Below, piece by piece: positions 13,301-28,300 of a stretch of 58,221 nt of DNA. The notes beneath the pieces are model-generated. The model was not told the origin of the DNA, did not search any database, and saw only the letters and a list, made by a program, of their open reading frames with translations. A program made the position numbers and the translations under genes. The DNA comes from Girardia tigrina (taxonomy: Eukaryota). The DNA lies in assembly GCA_001938485.1 (NCBI GenBank), contig MQRK01240735.1:1-58221 (forward strand), written 5' to 3'. Position 1 is the stretch's first letter. Each line of letters starts with the position of its first letter.

Positions 13301-16300
13301 TTTCATGACACTTAAAATCCTGTGATTAAAAACTTGTTCCCATTTATAAATGTCTTTTCCAAGGGGTAAGACATCGCTGATATGTAATTACAATAAATAC
13401 TTGTATTTGCTTTTGAATAATTTCTATACTTAATATTTGTACACTAACCATCTTTCGGTATTTATTTATAATAAATTTCATTTTATAAATCTGTTTCAAA
13501 ATGTTTGAAACAGTTTTAGATTAATAAATAAATAGATCAATGTAGTTAAGGATAATTCTCAGTTGTTTAAAAAATCGAAAGTCTCGGCGGGCGTTTAAAA
13601 GGAAAATAAATCTTACTGACTTTTGTTTATTGATTTACTTTTCAGTTTATCATTTTACAATCAATTAATTATCTAATTTTACCACCTACGTAAGCTATTT
13701 TACAATAAAAATGTACTTATTTTATTCTTGTTCCAAGATACCACTCAAAAATTGATAAGTGGATAAGTAAGAAACGCTAGGCAGATAACTTCCAAGACGC
13801 GTCTAAATCCAGTGAAAGTAATTCAAATGAAGATGCCCAGTCAATAAACAGTGACAACTTCAATGTTAAGAAAAAGTTCATTCCCAAAATAATTAAGTTG
13901 AGGAAGTATCAAGAAGATTATATAAAATTTGGCTTTACATTTAATCAAATTGGAAGTACACAACATCCAAAATGCATTATTTTCTCGGAAATTATGGCTA
14001 ATGACAGTTTAAAACCAAGAAATTTAAGGCAACATTTAGTAGCAAAGCACCCAATTATTGCTGAAAAGTCTGCCGAGTATTTTGAACGTAAGAGCATGGA
14101 GTTACAAAAGCAAGTAGCTCTCATGAACAAAATAACGACATAAACAAAAGCTCTCTGTGCTTCTTTTGAAGTGTCGTATTTGATAGCAATCGACAAGAAG
14201 CCTCATACAATTGCAGAAACTCTTGTGCTTTCAGTTGCAATGAAAATGTGTGAAATTATACATGGCGACAAATTCTCAGGAGCTATGAATCAATTCCATA
14301 ATCAAACAACACAGTTTCTAGCCGTACTAAAGAAATGTCCAATGATGTTAAAGAGCAACGAATTGCTCGTCTTAAAGTTAGTGAGAAATTTTCCCTGCAA
14401 ATGGACGAATCTACCGATGTAGCTGGCATAGCTGAACTACTTGTTTACGTGAGATATTATTTTGGTGATAAGTTACTAGAGGATATACATTTTTGCCAAG
14501 CGCTTACTCAAACAACCACAGGAAACGACATATTTAATATGCTAAATAACTTTCTAGAGACAGAGGATCTAAAATAGAGCAATTGCGTTGGAGTTTGTAC
14601 GGATTGTGCTGCTTCTATGACCGGAGATAAGAAAGCATTAAAAGCTAAAATTAAGGAAGTTGCACCCAATGTTTGTTTTATCCATTGTATTATCCATAGA
14701 GAGGTCCTGGCAACTAAGAATCTCGATGTAGAAGCTAAAACGGTTTTACAAAAGGCAATAAAAGTAGTCAACTTTGTGAAAAATCGACCTCTAAATGCCC
14801 GTTTATTTTCTGTGCTCTGTAAAGAAATGCAATCGGATCATGATTCACTTCTCATTCACACTGAGATAAGATGGCTATCAAAGGGTAAAGTACTGCAACG
14901 TCTAGTTGAATTGAAGCACGAAGTGTGCATTTGTCTGGAAAATGCTAATTCTGAACTAGCTAAACATTTCACAGATTCAAGATGGCTTGCAATTTTATCA
15001 TTTCTGGCAGAGATTTTTCAACAGCAGAAACTTAATGACCTGAACACTTCACTTCAAGGGCCAAATATAACATTTTTCAACTAAGCAACAAAATTATTGG
15101 GTTTATAAAGAAAATAACTCTTTAGAAAACGCACTGTGAAAATGACAACATTGCAATGTTTGAGATCTTAAATGCATTTTTAAATGATAACGAAGTTCAT
15201 TTTCACGAAGTAAAATTATTAGTAATAACTCATCTCACTAATCTTAAAGTTCATTTTGGTAAGTATTTCGATGATTTATCTCTTTCTAAGCATGAGTGGA
15301 TCAGGAGCCCATTCAATGACATTGAAGCAATAAGTAATCTTTCAATATCACAGCAGGAAAAGCTTTTAGAATTGTGATCTGATGGGACTCTAAAAAGGAA
15401 ATTCGATACAGTACCACTAACTGAATTTTGGATACTTGTTAAAAATGAATATCCTCTACTTTCTGAACTAGCCATGTCAATTTTAATTCCGTTTACTTCT
15501 ACCTAACAGTGCGAGAAGGCATTTTCCTCAATGGTAACAATTAAAACTAAATCTCCAAACCGTCTGCAAGTTGAAGGAGATCTTCGTCTTTCATTGTCAC
15601 CAATTCAGCCAAGAATGGACCTTCTTTGTTCATATATACAATCTAATCCTTCCCATTAATTGTAATGATTGCATATGATGTAATACTTTGACTATTATTA
15701 ATAAAGTAAAAACTTTTTTAATATTTGTTTTTTATTTTATTATTTTATAATCAAATTATGTTAAAATTTAATATACTTTGATCTAGTATTTGTTCCCCAA
15801 AAATGTCTTAGCACCGCACCCATAAATGTTTCCGCGCCCCCTCTAAGGGGGCACGCCCCCCACTTTGGGAACCACTGTATAAGACAGCAAAATTATTGTT
15901 AATTCAGCCTAAAGATGGTGGAAAATCTACCGAAATATATTGCGACAGTAAAATTTGATTTTAATGGCGTTCTTGATTTTGAAATATTTTATTTTATTAA
16001 AATTATTATTTACACGGAATATTTTGTGGATTTGTCTCTACGAAACATGACAACTCTGGTGAATCTTATGTAGAACTCACCCAACCAATATAATATATAT
16101 ATAAGTAATTATCTGATCATAATATTATTTTTGCATAAAAATATTTTTAAAGATTAAAAATTTATGAAAAAAATATTTTCTTGTTGAGCAGAAATTTGGA
16201 AAAATTTCTTTGTATCATGAGAATATTTTTGATAATGAGTCATAATAGGAGTTCGGATACGTTCATTTATCGGCTGGGGATTTGTTGAGAGAAGAAAAAG

Positions 16301-19300
16301 AACGTCCCGGATCTGAACACGGTAAATTAATCAATGAATCGATCAAGAATGGAGTTATAGTACCAGTGGAAATCACCTGCAAATTGTTGGAAAAGGTTCG
16401 ATTTTGACATTTCGGATAAAACTAACTGTGATAGCGAAAAATAATTTATTATTTATTCTCATTTATTTTTACACAATTTTGAAGATTTTTGCTATTTTTT
16501 TCGATGTTTAGTTTGAAAGGGGAAATGTTTTTATTACCATAAAAATCGACGATAGAGCTACATATACCCATGGAAGATTTATTATCAAATAGAAATGAAT
16601 TGTTATCAGAAACTCTTTGTTTGGGGGAGCATTACAAACAACATTAAGAACCACTTCTTCAGATTAAATATATTCGCATTTCTTATTATTCAAATGATTG
16701 AATTACTTATTAAAATTAACATAATAATTATTTAAATATCCAATGTTGAAATTCAAATCTTTTTTCGATATTTAAATAAATCAAATTTTTAAAATTCGAA
16801 TGAAGTTACTTCATATAATTCAAATATTCTCCTCACAAATCGTCCCAGATATTATTCGAAAATATTCCTCATAAATCTAAATCCAAAAATCCGTTAGTTT
16901 AATTAATACATCGCCTAACATCAGGAGCGTACGCACGGGTGGGGATTAGGGGGATAAATCCCCCCCCCCCGAAAAGTTTGAATCTTAATTACGTAATTAT
17001 TTTATCTGACTATAAATAAGATTAAGTTAAAATGTTTGAGTTATAATTTGTGAAGTATCCGAAGCAATACTTTGAAAATCGAAGAAAATCCCCTCTGAAA
17101 AATTTTAATTATGATCATAATTACCCATACGTTTTGCAGACCATATAAATTTTTCTTCCTCAAAACATAAAACATGCTGCAGATAATGAAATCCTCCTAT
17201 CTATCGAACCCAGTAATGAACAATGGTCAAGTTATATTAGTTGCATTAGCGGTATTTCGATGGTATTATAAATTTTATTATTTTAACAATAATTAATTTA
17301 ATTTTTTTAACTGTTGTTGTTGCATGTCGTCACATTTTTGTGCTGGTAATAATAACTTATTATATAATATTATTATATTATTATATCTTATCATATGACA
17401 CTCCCAATAATTTTTAAAATGCTTGCACAAAATCTTAAAATCATTTATGTTCATATTACATTTACACAGTCAAAAAGGGGGAAAGAGTAATATTGCTGAG
17501 CATAAAAAAACGTGTAACTGTAATATGAGCATAAATGATTTTAAGATTTTGTGCAAGCATTTTAAAAATTATTGGGAGAGAGTGTCATGTGAAGCATTGT
17601 TGATAAGATCATGTGATCCTAAAATCAATGTTCAAACAGCACTCTCAACTAATTTGTTAAGAGTTTCCGATTAGACTTATGTAAGTGATTACATAATCAT
17701 TCATTTCTTCTATAAAAGCAATAAAGAACATAATCTGATAAGAACGTGACCTGATGATGACGGTTAAACCGTCTAAATATATTATCACAAAATATATTTT
17801 TAAATGGCGTTTATTTGTTTTTAATAATAAATATCATATTTCTTTATTATTTTTAATATATGTATTGTTACATAAATAAAATAAGTTTAGATATGAAATG
17901 TCAAATATATTGTCAAAGTTTCACATGCCAGATTTAGTGTATAATTCCACTGTTTTCATCTAAAGTCACATGTATCAACTTGTTTATCTCTACAATTGTC
18001 TAAACTGTCACGTAGAGCATTAATATATTTACAAACATAAGTTGATGGGAAAATGACAAAGGTTAAAATGACATTAACTTTGATAGTTCAAATGTAAACA
18101 TAACATCAACTTCATATTCCTTTATCTGAGTTTGAAATTTTAATTTAAAAATAATAAAATGAAGTTTTCTATGGGATATTAGATTAAAAATAATGGTGAT
18201 AATAAAAAACTTTTTCATATATGTAGTGTTCACTAAATCTTATCAGCAGCAGCAACCAATTAAGGGTTTTTCTAGGTTATATTTAGTTTAATTTTTGATT
18301 TTATAATTATTTAAAATGTCTCAACTGGGTTTTCGATCCCTGAAATGTTTGAGCTGAACAAATCCAGACTTACATTAAAAATTTTTAATTCTAGTAAAAT
18401 TTAAAAACTGATTTTTAATCATTGAAACTTTTAATATATTAATTTTGTGTTTTGTTTTATTAATTGATGCGTTGTATTCGAAAATTAAGCAAAATAAATT
18501 TATTGATTTCAGTTGAATTTTTTCAAATATCAATTTTTTTCAATTGAAACAAATCAATTTATCTTTTACAAAAATAAGTAATTGCGTTTCTTTATCCATG
18601 TCCGATACCATTATCGACAAATCCGATGAGACAATCGACAATTTAGTACTCGAATTTTACGCTCCTTTTGAACAAATAATCAATCTATCGTATTTTCTGG
18701 AAAATAATATCGATCATCTTCTCAAATCAGAAAATCCTCCGATGATTTCATGCAAAAATCGCCGACTGAATTTCGATCCTACAACCCCCAAATTTAAGTG
18801 GGACAATCGATATTTGATTAATTCAATCTCGAAATTGCCGGTATGTGGCTTTACGAAATGCACGTTTTCGGATTTGAGTTTGAGTACCGATGTTGTAAAT
18901 GCCCTCAAAGAAAATCGATTCGTGTGTCCGACGAATATTCAAATTAGCACAATCCCAACAATTGTCACTGGACTGAATGCCATTTTGGACAGTTAAACCG
19001 GTGGCGGTAAAATCTGTGGAATGATATACGCAGCCAGTCTGAGGCCTAGAGACAGTCTCGTTGCGTTCATGCCGAGAATGAGTTCTCTCGGCTGTGTCCC
19101 CTTGGATACGCACTTCCGTTTGTACAATATCAGTGACCCTGGTCACATCAATATAATATAAAAACAATTAAGCCAATTAAACTCTTTATTTTAGTATTTA
19201 CTAATTTTGACGTTTTAGCCATCATCACCATAACAGATGATTATTAAAAAGAATTTTACTTATATGGTACAGTTAATGATTACATGAATATGTAATTAGT

Positions 19301-22300
19301 ACGTCATTATAAAACACTTAATAAAGTTTTTGTGTAGTTTGAACGTTGATTTTAGGATCTTAGATTTTTTTACTGAATTTTATATGTAGCGTTACACCCA
19401 TTACATGTATATTGATAAACAAAATCTGAACATATTCCTGATGATGTGAGAGATTTATTGTTGAACATACTTCGATGTTTTGGGTACGTGATATTATTTT
19501 TAAATATATTACATTATCTAGTGCTTTTAAAATAGAATTTGAAATGTCTTAAAATCTGAGTAAGGAATAGGAAAACATCCAATTTCTAGATTGTTATTAT
19601 TAGTATTGCAATAATAATCGTGATCTTCAACATCTGTTTGTTTATTTTTCTTAATTATTTTATCAATAGTTTCCTTTGTTAGTTTTTCCACTATTGATTT
19701 TGAATATCCATTATCATATCTGTGAGGGAAAATTCGGAATGTTGTAAGTTTGTTGTTTGTATGCTGTTTAGATGGGTGACTCTCTTACTCAGTTGGGATT
19801 GATATGTTATTGATTAATTATTTAAATCTAATGAAATTAATTTAATGAGATTAATTTTTAAATACTAATTAATTAAAAGTTTTATAATTATAAATTTTAA
19901 TAATATTTTTGTAAACGANNNNNNNNNNNNNNNNNNNNNNNNNNNNNNNNNNNNNNNNNNNNNNNNNNNNNNNNNNNNNNNNNNNNNNNNNNNNNNNNNN
20001 NNNNNNNNNNNNNNNNNNNNNNNNNNNNNNNNNNNNNNNNNNNNNNNNTCGTGGTTTTTTTGCGCAAAATTTGATATTTTTTTTGCCCTAAAACCGAGGG
20101 TGGACTGTATTTACATTTATTTGTTCGACAAAAATTAAATTAAATAAAAAAGCTTTATATTTGATTTTGTTATAACAAGGTGTTAATTTAATTTTGTCAG
20201 TTTTTGTTTATCTTTGTTTATATACTATTTTCTGGTGATTATTATTGCTGTTTTGTATTCCATTGTTTTGTGTTCAAGGTATCGACTTGAGCAGTTTTGT
20301 CTTTCGTTTTTTTGACTCTCGCTGTTTTTTCTTTTGCAGTTTTGATGCGTAACTATCTGTATCAGATTCAGAATTTTCCATGCCAGAATTTAATATAAAC
20401 TTTCGCATTTTCGACACGTAATTATCTCATTCCTATTCAGAATATTCAATATCCAAATTTTCTTCAAAAATATACTGAGCGATTCCGATAATTACGGGAT
20501 CTGAATTAAAGCAATATGACTCTTCATGTACTGAAGACTCGCTTATATCTTTCAAGATTTCAAACATTTCAATTAATTTGTTTTTTTGGAGATTTGAGCC
20601 TTGTGAACAAATGTTGAGCAGTATTTCCTTTAAATATTTTTCTATATCCAACGAATACGGAACGATTTCTAATCTGAAATTGCTGATTATTCTTATAAAT
20701 ATAGAAATAAATATTTCATTATGTTTTATTTTCATTAATTCTAAAAGTTGAAAGACAACATGACGTATATACGTAACGAATTCGTTGTCTTCCTTACTTA
20801 CATATAATAATTCCACAAGAACATCGCTTGCCATAACCATGACCGTCAGATATTGGTCATGTTTGAATAAAAACATCAATTCAGAAACCAATAATTCTAC
20901 AAGACTTTTGTCTTGTAAATGTATAACAACCAATTGTTTAATTAACCAGCAAGCTTTTGTTATCATCAATATTTCAGACGACTTTAGTTCCGGAATCACA
21001 AATTCAAGAATAAATAATTCAAGTTGTTGAATGAAATGGTTTCGTTTTGAAAATGATTCTGATAATGTTCCTATAACATTAAAATAGATACGTTTAGTAC
21101 AGGGTGTGATTTCTTGACAACGAAACCTTTTGAGGATTAAATGAAATAAAGATTCTAGAAATGTTTCATCACATTCAGAGACCTCAATTATCATCTTTTC
21201 AATTTTCGACTTACATATATGTTTCCGTGAATTGTACAATAATTGACAGAACTTCTCTGGGTCATTTTGCAGCGAGAGGTTTGCTGCTTCTTCGTCCTTA
21301 CTGAGAAATCCGAAAATTAAAGTTTGAAATAAATTAATCAAATATGGTTGCAAATATTTCAGTAAATTAGAACATCTTATAAAAGATAAACAGCAATTAA
21401 TGATAGTATCAAACACTTTTGGATGAATATAGCTTCCGTTCGAGTAATTATCACAAATTTGGTTCAATATCAGAATAATAGTTGTCGGAAACGACTCCCA
21501 AATCCATGAGTCTGAATTTTGTGATAAAGTTTGATGTTTGTAAGTGTCAATAAATTTTGAAAGTAAAATAACTGCCCATATCTGACAATTCGTTAACATA
21601 GACTGTGTGGATCTTTCGTTGATAACTCTCATGCTTATGATACCAGCAGATCGGACCCAAAATTGAAACTCTTCTTTCGGAATGTCCTCCAAATATCTTA
21701 GCAAAAAGTAACGTGTTTGTAGAATATGTTTTTGTAGAGTAATTCCAATTTCAGATTCATCATTTAAAAAAACTTGTAAATGTTTCTTCATTATTGTATT
21801 TATGGTGGAAGAACAAGTATCTAAGAATGTATCATAACGATAATTGCTAAACAAGTGTTGGAAGCATATGTAACCCGAAATCCAATGGTCATGATTTTTA
21901 TTTTCAAAGATGTTTATAATTTCGTTTGGTAAATCATACCAAGGTTTTGGAAAATCATAGTAGATAATGTGTTCATAGGTTAATAGAAGATCTTTTTGAA
22001 TAACATCTTCTGATTTCACAATTCCATCAATAATCTTTGATTTTATATATAATTTATCTGTTTCATTAATGAAAATTGAACCTATATTTGTTTTAGACCA
22101 ATAATGTTGAATGTGTTTTCTCAAAAGGGAGGCAGCTTCTCTTTTCACATCCTCTTTCGATTCTCTTAACATACAAATGTCCATTAAATGCCTCGAAACT
22201 CCTGCAGTTTCTTCTATCTATTTCGAAAAAGGCAAATTAATCACCATAAACTAATTAAATAACAAACCTTTTTCAGGATTTCATTTTTTTCATTTAGTTT

Positions 22301-25300
22301 ATCATTCGAAATTATCGAAATCAAATTTATCAAATTATTCATAAGAATTGTAATTTATTTAATTATAATGTATTTATTAAAACTAATTTAATTTAATTTT
22401 AATTAATTACAATTATTTTTATTCACAACTTCCTAATTAAAAAATATCTGTGTAAAGTTTATTTTTCCGATTTAATCTTTTCGCTAATTTTACAATGTTA
22501 TTTATCAAAAATATAAAAAGATTTAATGAAAATATGTACAAAGGTATTTATAATAATTATTGTTAGGAGCTTTGTTGAGTTCATAAAAATTTTGAATTTA
22601 CAATCTGATCAAATTAATAATTAAACAATTACATTTCGTAAAATAGTGTTATAAATATGTTAAAATAAGATGTTCCGAATTTAATGTAAAAATTAATTTA
22701 TGTAAAAAATAAAATCAATTTTACGGTAGGTTTATTAAAAGATTTATTATAAAGTAATAAAATAAATTTTCATTTTGATGGAAATATTTAATTGAAGTAA
22801 AATTAAAAGGAAGATAAAGTTAAATATTTCATTTGTTAAATGAAAATAAACTAAATTATTATTTGTAACTTTTATTTAAATGTAATTTTAAAACGATTAA
22901 ATCAAAGTAAATTAAAAGGTGATTTAAATTTTTTTGGTTATGTGATTTTATCGAAATAAAAATATAATTTTAAAACTGTTATATAAAGATAAATAAAACG
23001 GCAACAAGAATATGCTTTATTGAATTCAAATACAAATACAATAATATCTGAATATTAAAAAAATATACAATAAATTATTTTTATATTATTTTCCTAATTT
23101 CATCATTTTTCCCACAGTTGAAGCTCTTTACTGGACACTTACTTCAATTATGGCCCAATTTTTGGCAACAATAGCACTGTATCACTGCCGGGGTTCTCAC
23201 CTTGTTCGATCTGTTGTCTAATTCTGTCTCAACTCCTGCCATAGTATATTGTGGCGACCCGTTTGGTTGAGACAATACGCTTTTGACTGCTGATATTATC
23301 TTATTTTTATCATATCTTCACCGTGAAGCAGCAGCACTTGATTTCTCACATTTACGGGGATACAGTCAAGAAAAAATAAGGAAATTACCTCCTCTGGCAC
23401 CACCTTTCCTCCACAGGCCACCGCCAACAGCTTATATACTAATTCTTCTTATTTAGTACAAGAGTTCTTGAAAAATATTTACACATTTATTAACCCACTA
23501 ATGACTATAATTTGAAAAAAAAAATAAATGTTCCCATCTCCAACAGTATTAGGAAAGCTACTGTATGAATTTACGCTTAGTTGTAATTATGTTTGGGTTT
23601 GAAAATGAAATTTTGAATGATAACTTAATACCAATGGTCACGATTTACAAACCATATAAGTTTATGTCATAAACATGGGGTGAGTTAATTCATGTTTTTA
23701 GTATCGGTGGGCACACCTCCAATTTGAATAAACGAGTTCATCGACTATATCAAAACGTATTTTATGCATATACTGTACACAGATGAACCACACCAATTCG
23801 AGAATCAAATTTACTAAAAATATTCAGTCCACTACTTTATACATTCCGCGCTACTGAATATTCGAACAACTGAAATTGTTTTAATTTGTTTTGAGAAACG
23901 TTTTTTTACTTCTATTAATATTAAACAAGAACCAACGTTTTTTCATTTACTTCAATTTTTTAAAACATTTTTTCAGTTTTACTCCAAAACTTTCGATTAT
24001 TTTATCTTCTTAACTGTTCGTTTCTAATTTCCTATTCACTTTAATAAATAATTTCTAATTACCTTAATTTCCAACAAAAGTTTTCCCATCCGAATTTTAA
24101 TCTCCTGACAAATATGCTAATAGTAAATCTTTGTCTGAGTGCAATAATGCTTTATGTTAAATAGCCGTTTGACATCAATTATGTCTCAATATTGAAATAT
24201 CGAATATTATGTGACTTTATAATACTAACAGGCTATGATAGCAAGCGGGAAACGGAAATTCCTCATCGATGGATTCCCGCGGAATCAAAACAATTTGGAC
24301 GGCTGGAACAAAGAAATGAGCGGTAAGGTGATCATCAAGCTCGTCCTTTACATCGACAGCTCCGATGAAGTCTGTATTGAACGCTGTCTTCATCGAAATA
24401 CAGGTAGATCTGATGATAATGAGGAGACCCTTAAGAAAAGGTATCTGTCCTTTTGGCAATATTTTTTTTATTTCTACAATTTATTTTCATAAAATTAGTC
24501 CATAGAAAATTGGATAACCAATTTTGTATATTTGAAAAAATATTTGAAGCTCTTTGAAATGTTTAATATTAATTTTTTAATCTTTATTTGTTATTAATCA
24601 ATTATTTAAATTATTGATTATTATGTTAGAAAAACTTGGAAAGAAAAGAGAAAGTAAATTTCAAAGTAAGGTTATTATCAAATCATAATGTTGGACATGT
24701 ACGAAAGAAATACAAAAATAAGGGATAACACATTATTTTTATTTTCAATTAAATTCGATCATCTTTTAAAGGGGGCAACTTTCCATTTTTGCTAAATTTA
24801 TTTATTTTCAGTTCCACCTGAAAAGATATTGAAGGTCTTCTCTAATCTTTTTATGGTTACATAAGTGTGACACGCCCGCAGTTAAGGCAGGTAACAAAAC
24901 ATGGATTTCAAATTTCAATACCTTTTCAAGACATGTTAGATGATGAGCCAACAGAAGATTTTTCATTCGTAACATTGTCTGAAAAAGAATTTTTATGATA
25001 TAGTGCTTTTTTGTGCTTTTCGAAGGAGAGGGATAGCAATCTATGGGGCTGCTTATCTTACAATAATAAAGACATGAAATACTTCAATTTATAGTTCATA
25101 ACTGTAGTACTTTTCAAAAACATCAAACTCTTCGCCATCAAACAGAACCTTTAAAGACATGATTGACTGAAAAATGCGACCTTGTTTTCTCCCTGGTCTG
25201 AAAGTTCACTGAATTATATTGATAAATGAAATAATATAATATATTAATAACGATGATATGATTACAAATAACTGTTTGTTAAAATTTTTTTAATGTATAA

Positions 25301-28300
25301 AATATGTATTGTTATTTTTTATTATTTCCTTTTATCCGGGTATTGCAATGTAAACATTGGTATCCGATATTTGGATAATCAGGCTTCTAAGGGTTAATTT
25401 TTACTATCGGAGAAAAAATAATTTGTTTTCAGACGAAAGACCTCTACTTTATAATCGTTATTAAGACGCTGAAATATTACAAATTACCACCATTAATTTT
25501 TTTTTCTTAAATTTTATTTTTTATTTAAAATTCTTTATTAAAATGTGAATCAATTAAAGATCATATTAATATGTTCTATAAAATACATATAATAATAATT
25601 TTTACTAATATTGATTAAATCTTAATGTGGATCAGTGAATATTTATTTGATATATATTAATCATTTAAAACTTTCGCACCGTTTTTTGGATATTTTCACA
25701 CACATACACAACGATCTACATTCTATTTGTAGGAGAATATTTCAGAGAACATTATATGAACTGAATGAACGCGAGAGTGCGCGCCACTGTGTACAGATCT
25801 GTGTTTTGATTGGCTGTCGTTCTGCTTCAAGTGATCCCGTAGCACTTTTGCACGTCTCACGCGACTATCGATTGCAATGCTAATGTCACTGAAATACACA
25901 AGTTGTGTAGCTATTATTCTAGCTTTGAAATTTATCAAAATGCCATTTGAAATTACAAAATTTTATACTTAACGAATTAAATTTACACAAGCAATTGGTT
26001 TTGCTGCTGTTAGAAATAGACTTTCTCATTTAAATCCAATTAATAACTATGTGATTGCATATTCTTCGTTGAAAGTTTTAAAATCATGATCTGAGAAATC
26101 CACATTTTTAAAGATCATATGACATTATGTAAGTTTTTACTGATTTATTCAATTTCTATTATTTTATAGAACATTTAGTTCTATAAAATAATAGAAATTG
26201 AATAAATCAGTAAAAACTTACATAATGTCAAATTTAAATACCGATTTTTCTTTGGGCTAAGATGTTTTCTGTCGTGTGAGTTCTTTACGGTAGACCTAAA
26301 CTATACTATTTCTAAAACCCATGTTACTGATTATCCTTATTTCTACTTTCCTTATCAGAGGCAAAACTGTCGAGAAGAAAGTGATTCTACAACCTTACAA
26401 AAAATAATTAACAGATTTTCTGATTTTCTTAATTTTTGTTTTTGATTGCTGTATTCTCTATTTTTATTTTTTGTCGTGTTTGTTTTGGTTTTATAGGAGT
26501 ATTTGAATTTTATTTATGTCGTTTTGAAAGTATTCATGATATGGTTTATTTTGTGAACAAACCCCTGTGGTTCGTTTACATAATTTATTATTTGGTAATG
26601 ATTTTATCAATTGCCTAAAGTTTCCATTTTTAAGTATTAACCCCTTTACCGTGAAAAAAAATTTTTTTTTTTCATCCGCTGTTGAATTGGCTGTTAGTTT
26701 AGCCTCCCTCTCTACATTGTTATTGATTTCCAATGCTTTTTCTGTATCAGGACGAGTTAACTCGGGACGCACGGCACACAGACGACTTTTATATATCTGA
26801 AGACGAGTTAACTCGTGATGTACGGTTAAGTCCAAGATTTCATATGACGAGTTAACTCGTGACACATGGTAAAGGGATTAAAGAATTTGGAAGATGCTCG
26901 GTTATATAGAATTATTCATTAATAATAGGATTAAATTTTACTACTTTTTGTTTTTTTTCATGTAACATTTAGTAGTTTAATAACCAAAAGTTGGTAAATA
27001 TCGTGTGTTAGAGAAATAATCTTTCTTTTAGACTAAGTCAGCAGTTTATTTAAAACTTGAGCAAATAATACTTTGATTTTGTGTGTAATTTGATTTCACT
27101 CTAAGTTACTTGCTATTTTTTATTTATCTGGGCTTTTATTTATTGGTGCTAAAATATTTTTTGTCATTTATGAAATCATATAATATAAATTTTTATTATT
27201 GTCCCCATAGACAGAGCAGTTTTGGGTGACCAAAGATGATTTAATACAGGGTTCACCAAAGTGAACGATGATAATCAGGGTAGTCGTTGAGATATTATTT
27301 GTTTTTAGCAGTTTTCTAAAAATGTTCATATTCAACAGAAAGGAAACAATTTTGAAAGTTAAAGAAGCTAAGATAAAAAGAAAAACATTTAACATTATCT
27401 CATAAAGATTGGAAGTTTTTCATTAAAGTTATTTTGAACATAAATACGATAAAATGTGTTTCACAGAAAAATATTTGTCTTAGTGTATATTATTGTTATA
27501 TTTAAAACTACTCCTATCTTTTCCATAAAAGTAATTCTAAAAATTCTTCACATAATTCATCATAGTGTTCAAAATTATGTTTCATCGCTTCTATATACGG
27601 TGAAAAATGGACATCTTCTGAAGCTGATACTATAAGTGAACTAAAGGATTTTAATATTCTTTGACATTCGTTACAACTATCGACGTATTATTATTCTAAA
27701 AAAATTACGAAATTAAATAAATTATGATGAAAAAGGTCTATGAAATATTTCTGAAATAGTTGAAACATTTGAAGAATCTATTCTACATTGACAATTTTCC
27801 CATAACTTGCGAAAACTATTTCAATAAAAATAATTGAGTTAAACAGGCTGACGTATTGAACGATGACCTGATAGAATACTGACGTACGTTTAGAGGAGGT
27901 TAAATGACTAAAAATAGTTTTATCTTACGTTCATTTATGATCAACAACCTTGATAAACTTTGTTGTCTCATAATATACTCTTGATCAAATTAATTGCAAC
28001 ACTGACGTTTTTTACACTTGCAGATTTATTTTCAAACAAACACGATCAAAAGTAGAATCAAAACAAGTTATTTATCCAGTAGTCATTAGAAAGGTATATG
28101 ACCTCCTTTAGCCTTGATCACACAGAAAATTCTATAAGACACAGAGGAAACTATAGCTTCACGTTTGGGTGTCAAATCAGGATCTCTGTCATAAATCAAA
28201 TGAAGAAGTTTTGGAATGATATACAAATTCATTTTAGAAAATCATTTATTGGTATAAACTTACGTTAAATAAAGATATTATAAACCTGCATTTATTTTTC

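Noticed and set aside
20785-21030. Short antisense ORFs over real genes or TEs (e.g. 20785-21030, 24217-24459, 14508-14771)
   Set aside because: Shadow frames of coding sequence on the opposite strand.
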